DNA of 64,000 nucleotides, taken from NCBI RefSeq assembly GCF_018977255.1, contig NW_024704743.1, positions 102,922,001 through 102,986,000 on the forward strand, in the 5' to 3' direction. Of this stretch, positions 52,786-64,000 are shown in pieces; positions within the stretch are counted from its first letter, which is position 1; every line of letters starts with the position of its first letter. The notes beneath the pieces are model-generated. The model was not told the origin of the DNA, searched no databases, and worked only from the letters and a program-made list of their open reading frames with translations. This DNA is from Callorhinchus milii (taxonomy: Eukaryota). The translations under genes were made by a program, and so were the position numbers.

Positions 52786-53447
52786 TCCTCTGCATCTCCA
52801 TAATAGAATTTCCCATTATAAATAGCAAAATGATCACCTTTTAGCAATTAGCAGTTTTACTCCTCGTAAGGTATATAAACTAAAACATCACCCTGACCAA
52901 AAGATCTCATTTGAATGAACTGCTGATCGGAAAAAACATAAATGGAAAAGTCTTTACAGCAAAGTCTTAACAGGAAGTATGTAACAGGCACAAAGGAGTA
53001 TATCAATCTGATCCACAAAAGAGCTCTGAACATTAGTGAAACGGATGAGCTTTGCAGGTCTGAATGGTCTTTGCTCATCACTGACACCTCTCATGTTCTA
53101 CTAATGTTTTTATGTATTAGTATACAATAGGTTAAGTTCTGTCATGTGTTTATTCTGCAAGGAATAATTATGATCCCAATAATAACTATTTGCTTTTAAC
53201 AATAAACGTGCCCTCAAAATGTCCTTTATGTGTGGAGAATAACTAATCAGTTTTAGGGTTGCGGAGTATGTTCATTGTAGATTCATCCAGAATCTTTAGA
53301 GTAATTGCATGATCAGTGGTGATATTATCACATCATAGAAAATCTCTGCTTTAATTAATGACTAAAATGAGTCATGACTGCCCCCTCTGCCTACTCTTCC
53401 ATAATGGCTGGGAAGGAGTTTCACATTCAAGCAGCTTCGTTATAATA

Positions 53448-53625
53448 TAATAATAATAATCCTTGGGTTTGATATAACTCCTTATCATGTCTTCAAGACT
53501 TCTCAAAGCGCTTCATAGAGTATATTGTAAAGTAAATTTACTGTATATTTTGTGGGCGAAACACAGCACCAATTGTGCTCAGCTGTGTCCCACAAACAGT
53601 CTTAGATTAAGTGACCAATTTTTTT
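53448..53625 (-). mobile_element. tRNA-derived SINE, 3' half
   Basis: (TAA)n tail followed by aaagcgcttca...gtcccacaaacag body. Confidence 0.8.
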
Positions 53626-56070
53626 AAAAGAAACTGGATTTAATGGCATAGGAATCGTGGCATTTCACTTGCTGACCTACACACATTGAATGTCAGCTAG
53701 TGGCATACCACAATAAAAACAAACATTAATCCGGTATTCTGAGAGGGGACTCAATGGACAGCAAGTAGAAAGAATGATGTGGGCAGTTTTACCCTAAGGT
53801 GTAACTGAGTCATCACACAACTATGTTGCATTGATGTAGCGCCCTTCATGTGGGGTAGCGCGTCAGTGAGATTAACAGTGGCAGAGTCTGATGCTGAGCC
53901 AGGGTGAGAAGGGGAGATAACAATGACTACGGTTAAAGTCAAAAGTCTTCAAGTGTGATCTGAAGGGGCAAGGTGGAGAAATTGAGGCACGAGCGCCAGA
54001 GCTTGGGGGCTTAGTGGCCTGGCAGATCAACTCCAGTAATAAGAAATAATAATTATAATCCATAGTGCCAAAGTTCTTCGCGTCAAGAAGATGTCTCAAA
54101 ACGAACTCTAAAGTCTAGTGATTTGTAATTGGTATGCAAATGTTGCAGCCAATTTATACACAGTAATGTCCCACAAACATCTATGAATGATCAATTTTAT
54201 CTCAGGAACTGTTGGCCAGTACACTGGGAGAAACTCCCTTCTCTTTTATAACCTAAGGTTGATTGATAAATTAAACATTAGAATGAAATTTCTAACTGCT
54301 CTTATTGCTTACAGTACTTGTATCCAAATGGATGCAACTTGGATTAGTTACAAATAACCTTTCATATTACATTAAAAACAGACCTACAAACCTTCTGTGG
54401 TCTTGGTATTTTAAAGAACTTGTTCAGCTCCATGTGGCACTGCAAGTGGGGATCCTTATTGTAAAGAAAAATGAGGCATCTTATGTATATACCGCCTTAT
54501 CACGTCAATATTAGATATGCCGCCCTTCAATTGAGATGTTAAACCAACCAAAAGTCTGCTTGTTCAGGTAAATATTCAAGATTGTATGGCACTTAAGATG
54601 GAGTTTCGCCAACAATCCTCTAGATAATATTGATCATTCACATCATGGCTGATTGTGAGACACTGGTGTTTATCAGATTGACTGCCACATTTAACTACAC
54701 AAATACACGATCAAAGCAAATTACAGAAATTCTGAAGTATTTTGAGACATACTGATGTGAAAGGTGCTGTATCAAATGCAAGGATTGTTCTAAATATAAT
54801 TAGTTGTCTCCAAACCTCTACTTCTGATTCTGCAAGAAGGTATTTGTACGCTTCTGTGAAGGCCTAAATTTCTGATTGACAGGCATAATAATAGCCTTTT
54901 TGGTTGAGAAGATCTTGTTATGCAACTTCTCAGCACTGAGAATAGTTCAAGAGATTTGCTAGCACTTGATAAAGTAAGTCATCTCACAGGAACAGTAAAG
55001 GGTTTGTTTATCATAAATGCATACAGTGTCACACTAGGATATGTTAAATAGCAGAATCTTAAGTTGGAGGACAATACTTAACATACTATAATTTACAGGC
55101 AAAAAAAACACCTGAATAATGCTGAGCTGACCTTGATACAAGTGTACATGAGATAAGTTACTTCCTTATGGCAAGCAAATGGGTGATTTTACTGAAAAGC
55201 ATTTTTCTTTAAATAAAATTTTTTTTTCCCCCTTGAGATGCCAAAAACAATTTATTTTCCTGACCAACAATCGTCTTTTATCTCCACTGAAAGGAATTGG
55301 TCTTATTGCAAGGACCACCCCTCCCACTCCACCATCCCCTCCAGACTTTGTTTCTGATAAGTAACATTGAATTCCATTTAAAGCTGGATTTTTTTTAACA
55401 GCACTGGAAAATCCCTTTTTTTTCACAAGACAATTGTTTTACTGAAGGAGATGCAATCCATAGATCTCAAAGAGATGTTACACTATGCACTGCAGTAGAG
55501 TCTGATCATAAGGTGGTGGTTGGAGTCAATAGGATCCCAACCCTCTTTATAACAAGGCCACAATAGCTGATTTCATGGAACATTTGCCCATTTACAGGAC
55601 CCAGACAGCTACTTCGCAAAGAAAAACTTGACTTCTAGGTTATCACATCACCTTCTGTCATAACTTAGTGGTGTTGCACATGCACAATGCAGGAAGCAAC
55701 AGCAGCAGTAAATTGATGTCAAGGGCACTTTTAATACAGGAAGCGAGATGGCCTACTGCATGCATGCAGTGAAGGGCATCCACACCCCATTCACATAATA
55801 AATGATTCAATCAATTGTTTAATGAAACATGTTATAATTGGGCTGCACTGTATTTCCCTTAACCTTCTGACTCAGTTGCAAGAACACTACCAACTGAGTA
55901 AGGCTAACAAGTGATGTTAAGAAACCAACCCAAGGTAAGAATACTGGAGACTGGTGGCTGAGATTTGGGTAACGGTTTTGACAATGCAATAGTTATTGAA
56001 CACAGGCAGTGAGACAAATGATTTGCTGCTTTTTCCACAGTTACAAACACTTAACTGAGACTTATAAAGT

Positions 56071-56568
56071 TAATAATAATCCTTGCATTTAATATAGTGC
56101 CTTTCATTTTTGGAGTGTGTCTTACAATCTTCATGGGATTTGAAGTTAAGTGTAGTGACTGCAATTTTATGTGAATGCAAAACCAAATTTGCGTCCTGCA
56201 ATGTCCCACAAACAACCATGGAGTGAATGATCAATTTTATCTTGGGGATTATTGGCCAGGGCACCAGGAGATACTCCTCATGTTTCCAATATTGCCAAAG
56301 GATCTTTAACATTCATCTGAATAGGCAGACAAGATATCAAGTCCAAATCCCAACTGTCCATCACCTTGGGATGTCCTTCCGATGTGAAAGGCGCTTTACA
56401 AATGTAATGTGTTGTTTGAACATTTACTTCGAAAGTGAACACTATTGACAATGCAGGGCTGGCTGCCCAGCACTGCATAGGAATGTCAGCCAAAACAATG
56501 AATCCAAGGTCACAAAGCGAGACTTGAACCCACAACCTTCTAACGCAGCACACAGAGTGCTACCGATT
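56071..56568 (-). mobile_element. DeuSINE-like SINE with an L2 tail insert (about 56351-56416)
   Basis: Tail, core ggatctttaacattcatctgaataggcagac, head gaacccacaaccttct. Confidence 0.78.
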
Positions 56569-57714
56569 GTAAGTTCTTTTAAGAATTACAGAAAAAGCAG
56601 CTTCAAAGTTAAGGGTGAATTCAACAAATTGCCAAATTCTGGGCACTCTAACATGCTCTATTAAAAGATCCTGATGGAATGTTACCCCACCTGTTGACAA
56701 TCTTCATATATTCGACCCTCTCTCACGGAAATAAAGTCACAGATACCAATGAAAACCCCTCACTGTATAGTGACTATTTGTATGAGAACACAAAGAGCAA
56801 TTGGCGTACAACAATACGTATATAATCTACCTAGTTCTAATCTCTTACTCTCCCCTCCCCCCAACACCACTCCCATTTACAACCATTTTGCTATTTCCAA
56901 CATTGGGAGTCGAATAACATTGGGAGTTAGTGATAACTTGCTACACTTGCACAAAATTAACAACCAAACTTTTGATATTATAAAGTGCTCTTTCCTCTCT
57001 GTATGTCGATCCGGACAGGGACGCTCAGTACAGGCTTGAAAATCAATAACTGAGAGATAGCTCCAGGGGCAAAAAAAAGTGAACATGAAAACTAAAGAAC
57101 CATGAAATGAACAACTCCCTTAGTCTTTGAACATGGAAGTTAACTGAAGTTAAGTGACTGCTGCAGAGAAATTGCTGAGCAGAGAACCACTTGTGTAGAC
57201 AGAACCGCTATTGACAGTTGCAGGACTATGAAGCAGAGACTCTCAGCTTGCTGAAAGGCTACTTATTCTAGTCTCCCAAGACTGACATCTTTGTGATGTA
57301 TTTCAAGGATTTCAAGTTTAGAATAAAAAGCAGGCGGGAAAAAAATGGTGAAAAAAGAAGCTCAGTGTATGAAGCTTTCTATTTTATTTGTGTGCTGCTA
57401 TTAGAATTTCAGGCAGCCTGTTGGATAAGGGTAAACTCAATACAAAGTCACTGTGCACAAATTGGTTACTGTGTTTGCCTACAAACATACAGTCATTAAA
57501 CTTTACAGTCAGATATAATTGCGGGATAAAGATTAAGTTTAGTTTCCAGCTGAAGGAGGTTGACAACATATCTCTTTTGCTAATATCAGCTGAAGATAAA
57601 GTTTTTATTCTGAAGTGATAGCGATTGAATCAAACTTCTTGCTCAACATCAATATTGTCTTTTGCTTATGTAACTGGAACTTCCTTATTTGTTTTTCTCC
57701 CTGGTCATTTTGTA

Positions 57715-58050
57715 TGACTTGTATGAGCAAAGATTAGACAAGCTAGGGTTCCTTCAGCCTTGAAAGGGAAAGTCTCGAAGTATCTTAGAGAAGTATCCAA
57801 ATTTTAAATGGGATGATGAACTAAACCTAGGACAGCAGATCACAAGGCACATTTATGGAATTGTACAGGGCAATCTCAGGACAGATACCAGGAAGTATTT
57901 CTTTTTCCAGACCATAATTAACAACTGGAGCAGGTTTCCTGAAAGGACATTTGGACTCTTTTTTTTAAAAAAAAGAAACGGCTGATTATGATGGTGGTAG
58001 ATTGGATATTGTGGAAACATGAGATCAAGTGGGCTGGAGGGCCTACTTCA
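57715..58050 (+). mobile_element. CR1 3' end, degenerate
   Basis: tatgagcaaagattagacaagctagg...aggaagtatttctttt remnants of terminal ORF2. Confidence 0.6.
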
Positions 58051-59079
58051 TCTGAACCAATCTGTGTGATTGCTTCACACTCTCCAGACAAGTTTTGTTG
58101 CCAAAGGCAATTGACTTATTTAGATGCTTAAAAAGATTGACATTTTTGATGGTGGCTGCTACAATTTTGATAAAGTTAATACAATTCTGATTTCTTGCTT
58201 ATCAGCTGCAATTATTATTATTATTAATAATTTCACTTCTCCCAATTTTCCCTGAGGAGTGATAGTGATTCATGCATCTACATTGGTCTTACTCATGAAA
58301 ATCCCTTTGAACTTTTGCCCATTTTTAATGAACAGAGCAGTTTCAGCTCCAAGGTTACAACAATGTGTAACTGATCCAAAGGGCTGGAATCCCACCATCA
58401 ATGCTCATAGAATTAAAGACATTTACGGCATAGGAAGCAGCCATTTGGCCCATTGAGTCTGCATTAACTCTCAAAGAAAAGTGTTCATTAAATCCTAATG
58501 CTCTGCCTTACCCCACAATCCTTCAAGCCTCTATCCCTCATATACCTGACTACTTTCCTCCTAAAACCAACAATGGACATTGCCTCTATTACCCTGAAAA
58601 AAATGACCTAAGCTCTCCTTTTGCTCTTCCTGTGACTCTTCTTTTGACTGAAAAAAAATGCACAACAACCAAACACAAAACACTGAATTGGAATTAGGTT
58701 TGAAACAATCAGACTTGGTTGAGCAGTCTAAATACAGTCTAAGAAATCAATAACTACCAGAGACAGCACAAAACAACAGTGAACAAGGAAATTAAGCAAC
58801 CATGAAATGAATTACAACTTACTGAGTCTGGTATTTGAACATGAAAATTAACCAATGTTAACTGCCTGTTGCTGAACCGAAACAAGCAACTGCTGACCTG
58901 AGTGTGATGTGTCGGAATCAATTGGAGAAATTGTACAAAACCACCCATTGAGGTGAAATTTACAACATTTCAAAACACAATTAGCTACTCCCCTCTTTCC
59001 CCCTCCACCCCCAGCCTCAGTATAATGGGTCTGCTCTAGAAATGTTCTTTCATTGCCTGTCACAGAGATTGTGTCTCTG

Positions 59080-59525
59080 GTATCAGACTGGCTCAGTTGA
59101 TAATTGGTAGGAATCATGCCTACTAATCGGAAGGTCGTGGGTTCAAGCCCTGCATTGGGAATTTGAGCTCATAGTCTAGGCTGCCTTTCATGGGAGTGGT
59201 GGAGGAGTACTGCATTATTGGAGGTACCTTACTCCAGACAAGACTTTAACATGAGGTCCTTTTGCCTGTCTAGATGTATTATAAAGATCCCATGGCACTA
59301 TTACAAAAGGGAATATTATATCCAGTGTCCTGGTCAACAATTCTCCCAGATAAAACATAAAAATTGCAAATTGGCCATTCACTTCCTGGCTGATTGTGGG
59401 ACCATACTATGCACCAAATAGGCTGCTGCATTTGCCTGTAAAATGCACAGTCGCAGCACAATAGAGTACATCCTGTAAAAGCACTCAACGTGAAAAGTGC
59501 TGTATCAAATATAGAGATTATTATT
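59080..59525 (+). mobile_element. DeuSINE-like SINE, near full length
   Basis: Head ggctcagttg...gaaggtcgtgggttcaagccc; core aagatcccatggcactatt. Confidence 0.8.
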
Positions 59526-60687
59526 TTATTATACTATTATCAGTGCTGTTTTGTTGCAGACGCACTGCAAATAGAGCATTAAGACATACAGACCAAGAAT
59601 ATTTATAAGTTTGATTCCTGTTAACTGATCACAACCAGAAGTTGGAACATTACAATTGGGTTTAGGGTTCCTAGATGAGAGGGGGAAAAAAACAATGTAC
59701 TTTGTGTCTATCTCTCTACCTGTTGACTTGTGCTGCACAGTATGGTTCATTAGCATTGGGTGAGGCACGATTTGGGGTGATTGTGATGGACTTGGATTGA
59801 TGGTGTTTTCAGCTTGACTATGATGCATTCAAAGAACTTCTTTCAGCTGACTGGGAGTCTGGAGTTGAAAGGGGAGGGAAGGTAATCAAAAGCAAAGTCA
59901 AGGAGAGATGTTTTAAGGCGGGTTTTCATAGTGGAGCAGAAGACAAGGCTGAGAGACTCCACGATGTAGCTCCAGAGAGCCGGAGGCAGAGCCACCAAAG
60001 GCTAGCATAGCTGATGGAGAGGAGCCAAATTATGAGAAATATCTCTGTGATTTGAGACAGATAATGTTATGAAAGAGCCAGTCACGTTTGGAACTCTACT
60101 CAGGGAATAGAAGAGACACTGATTTGCAGTATACATTGGGCATCACAGTAAACTCAGCTGGGTGTGAAAAGGTGTCCGAGAGCTTACATGCATACATGTC
60201 TGGCCACTGCAACATAAAGGGGCTGCTCAGGCACTAAAGGAAAACAAGACTGATTTCAGTCTTAGTGAGATCATGACCATAGATTGACTAGATAAGCTCT
60301 TTTTTTAGTCTCAAAAAAGTCACCTCAGAGGGGATTTTATAGAGATATTAGATGCTTAATATGATAGATAAAACAAACTATTAACAGCCTTATCTGCTTT
60401 GAACCAAAGCCTTGCATTTGGACATGAGAATCCAGACATGAACCAGTTTACAAATACAAGCTTTCACTTGTATTTGGGTTCATGGGTTAATTTAGTACCA
60501 GGAACAGCCAAATACAAACAAATACACACATAAAGGCATCATAAAGTTTAGCAAATAATGGTAAGAAATCAATAGACACAATCAATAAATATATAAGAGG
60601 AATTCACCTCTCACCATCCAAAAACTAAATTTAGCATCTAAAACAAACTAACACTGAGATCCATAAAAAGATACAGAAGCATCAAAA

Positions 60688-61065
60688 AATAATAATCTTT
60701 ACATTCCACATAGCACACTCTCCCATCATCAACATGTCTCAAAATGATTCATAAGATTTGCAGGAAAGTGTAGTGACTGTATACGCAAATGCAGCAGCCA
60801 ATTTATGCATACCAATGTCCCACAAATATCCATTACAAACTCTCCTGTATTTTCAAATAGTGTCATGGGATCTTTAACATCCACCTGAACAGGCAGACAC
60901 AAGTTTAGTTTAACATCTGATCTGAAGGACTCTATGTTCTAAAATGCAGCACTCCTGATACTCTGTATTGGAACGTTAAACTAGAGCTCAATGGCCCTGT
61001 GTGGGGCTTGAACCCACAATCTCTAACTCAGAGGCAAGAGTGCGACCAACCAAGCCTGGTTGACA
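60688..61065 (-). mobile_element. DeuSINE-like SINE
   Basis: Core catgggatctttaacatccacctgaacaggcagac; head gaacccacaatctctaactcagaggcaagagtg. Confidence 0.8.
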
Positions 61066-61189
61066 TTCAATGTATTTTGTTCCCTCAAACATCAGAGACG
61101 GTGTTTAAGTATTGTTTCAAGGATATCTTCCAAATTCATCTGATATCTGCACAACTACATCATTCTATGTAATTGGGAAAGAATAAATA

Positions 61190-61485
61190 TGGTTAGTGGT
61201 TAGAGCACTTGCCTCGCAAGCAAGAAACCTGGGTGTGACTCCAGGCAGGGCGAACCTTGTGCACGTTTCCTTACTCCACACGGCTGACAATAATCCCTCA
61301 AGAAAAAAATAACAATAATAAATTGGTCACTTCAATCCACGGCTGTTTGTGGGACACTGATGTGCGCAATTGGCTGCCGCGTTTTGCCCACAAATATACA
61401 GTCAATTCACTTTACAATATATTCTGTGAAGCGCTTTGAGAGTCTAGAAGACGTGAAAAGCTCTATATCAAATGCAAGGGTTATT
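61190..61485 (+). mobile_element. tRNA-derived SINE, short subfamily
   Basis: Head agtggttagagcacttgcctcgcaag; body and tail as the 5074 copy. Confidence 0.88.
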
Positions 61486-62280
61486 GAAACTCTGTTTAAA
61501 AAATAATTTCCTAAAATCTCCTTTTGCTCTTATTGTGGCTATCATATCTATATCTCCAGTCACTGACACCTCCCAGTGGAAATAATTCCTCCCTATGTAT
61601 CCTGTTAAAACCCCTCATAATTCTGTACACAACAAACAGGTCCCCATCTCTGCTCCAATGAAAACAAAACAGATTCTCCAATCCCTCTGCATATCTATAG
61701 TCCCTAATCCCAAGTATTATTCTTGTAAATTTCCAGTATCGATTTTCAAGGATATCACCATACCCAGTGGTAAATTTAGCTCAGAGTATTGAAGTAACAA
61801 AATTGCATTATTGCTTCGCCTAAAGGAGGATGTTGATGGGTAACCAATATTTGATGTAGAGATTAACTTCTAAGACTTTTTTTTAAACTAATCTATTATT
61901 CATTCATTCTTATCACAGAGCAGATTAGCATGAACTACTGGAGCGAAGATTGTTATGAAAGCAGCCATTGAATAAGATGGTCTTTCAAATGTGCTTCACC
62001 TTCATTAGCTTGTTCATGATAAATATGCAGCATGACTAGATTTTCTTGTGAAAAAAAATCAATTTTACTGGCAACAAAAAGAAAAATGACTTTGAAATGG
62101 ATATTTTATGCATATTATAATACTTAATGTTATCACATGCCTTATGTAAAGCTTAATACACTTTAAATTTAGATTCCTGACAGCCCTCCCAATGATTGTA
62201 TTACCGTGTTTGTTCTGTACATGGAACAATGTGCAAACGTGATACAAAAATAGATTTGTGTTGTGTAGTGTTCTGATTAT

Positions 62281-62665
62281 ATAATAATAATCATTACAAT
62301 TGATATAGCACTTTTCATGTTAGGAGAACGTCTCAAAGCACTTCATAGGATTCATTGTGAAGGGCAGTATTTGTAGGTGAACCCAGCAGCTGATTTGCAT
62401 GCAACAATGTCCTACAAACAGATAAAAATTGAATAACTAGTTTTTTTCTGGACGCAAGGAAAATAGAGAAACACTGTTTTATTTTTGAAGAGTGCCATTG
62501 GATCTTTAACTTCCACACAAACAAACAGACAGGATGTGGTTTCAAAATTAATTCTAAGGGCAGCACCTGACAATACAGTGCTCTCCCAGCATTGTATTAG
62601 TGTTATCCTAGACTGGGTTAGTTCAAACACCTAATATGGAATTTGAACCCAGTCCCTTCCAACTC
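62281..62665 (-). mobile_element. DeuSINE-like SINE
   Basis: Tail at left; core gtgccattggatctttaacttccac. Confidence 0.7.
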
Positions 62666-63159
62666 TTTTGTGAACTGTAGTATACCATGTCCAAACTATT
62701 CAGAAAAGCTGTAGTAGCACATTGGTTTAGGAGAGGTATCAGAAAACAGCTCTCTTCTCCTGAACACTCCATTGAATCATAGATAATTATCTGCTTTATA
62801 TGATCCAAATCATTTAATAATTGGAGAATTAATTGGAGTCCTAACAGGCTCAGAGGAGGTAAAAGATCAACCTCTCAAATTAGATATTTTAAAAGACAAA
62901 TCAAATAATACATACAACACAATGGCACTATCAATGCCAAAAAGCAAAGCTACACAAACTATTATTAAAATCGACAAAACCAATGTTTATTTCAGAGTAA
63001 AAGTGAAGCAAAAATGGATTAATGATGTGGAAAGTTACAGGCCTTTTATCCCCTTCTTTGACTGATTAGCTTGAATCTGCTTTCTTCCACATATATTTTG
63101 ACCTTGACTTGGATATTGGCAGTATCAAAACTTGATATCGCCTATATCTATGTATAAAA

Positions 63160-64000
63160 AATTGTGGATTATAGCAAGTTAGGAAATATAGTGAATAGTG
63201 ATGGAGGAGGGCAAGAGAGACTGAAAAAGGATTTAAACAGATTAGTGCAATGGACTGATCAGTGGCAAATGAAGCTCAATGAAAGGAAATGTGAGGTGAT
63301 TCATTTTGGTAGAAAAAACGAGGAGAGTATATAATTGCAGTGTCTTGCAAAAAGCTGAAGAGCAAATGGATTTGGAAAATGCAGGTACATAAGTCATTGA
63401 AAGTGTCATCACACGTGACAAAGGATGTAAAGAAAACTGATATCATGCTCGGTCAAAGAGTATGAAAGTAAACATTAATGCTGTGTGTATAAATCATTGG
63501 TTAGTCCGCAATTGAAGTATTAATAATAATCATAATCCTTGCATTTGATATAGCATCTTATCACGTCTTTGAGACATCTCAAAGCTCTTCACAGAATATA
63601 CTGTAAAGTGAATTAACTATAATATTTTGTGGGCAAAAAGTGGCAGCTAATTGTGCACAGCAGTGTCCCACAAATAGTCGTGGATTGAGTGACAAACTCT
63701 TTTTATTTTTGTTGAAGGAATTATTACCCCTGGAAAAGCGATCCGCCAATCGATTAACAACTAGGTTCCAACTTACTGCTAGATAAATGGAGACGTATGG
63801 AGTAAGGAAACTTGCCCAACGTTTTGTCCTGCTGGAAATCAAACCCAGGTCCTCTTACTTGCGAGGCGGGTTCTCTAACCATTAAGCTACAAGTGCCTAG
63901 TTCTAACCCCTCATTTCAAAAGATGTTAAGGCTTCAGACAGGATTCAGAGGAGATTTACTAGAATGATTCTAAGGGTGAATGGCTACCGTTGTGGAGAGA
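63160..64000 (+). mobile_element. CR1 fragment interrupted by a SINE, continuing past the window end
   Basis: tggactgatcagtggcaaatgaag...tgtgaggtgattcattttgg (W.DQWQM, CEVIHFG) and cagaggagatttactagaatg (QRRFTRM). Confidence 0.85.
63521..63892 (-). mobile_element. tRNA-derived SINE, long subfamily, inserted in a CR1 fragment
   Basis: Same architecture as the 39184 copy; CR1 sequence resumes on both sides. Confidence 0.88.

Noticed and set aside
44011..64000. Preceding CSMD3 exon (Sushi domain ending WSDHRPVCK)
   Set aside because: Not found by eye; probably beyond the window end.

Overview
Vertebrate genomic DNA, AT-rich and repeat-dense. The repeat content (DeuSINE/SacSINE1-like SINEs, tRNA-derived SINEs with L2-type tails, CR1 and L2 LINE fragments) suggests a cartilaginous fish, probably a holocephalan; this is inference. 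The whole window lies inside CSMD3 on the minus strand. Three small coding exons (44008-43887, 23261-23158, 20081-19969) have canonical AG/GT boundaries and compatible phases and together encode one CUB domain. Everything else is intron, and the longer ORFs in the track are LINE remnants or chance. The most notable object is an 824-bp composite non-autonomous Helitron (31654-32477, minus strand) inserted at an A|T site. It carries a CpG-rich cargo that looks like the promoter, signal-peptide first exon and splice donor of a TMEM87-like gene. The cargo is in the same orientation as CSMD3 and phase-compatible with the next CSMD3 exon. Also seen: fold-back SINE tails, local templated insertions, nested retroposons and a recurrent AT-rich palindromic element. 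Repeat boundaries were read by eye and are approximate.
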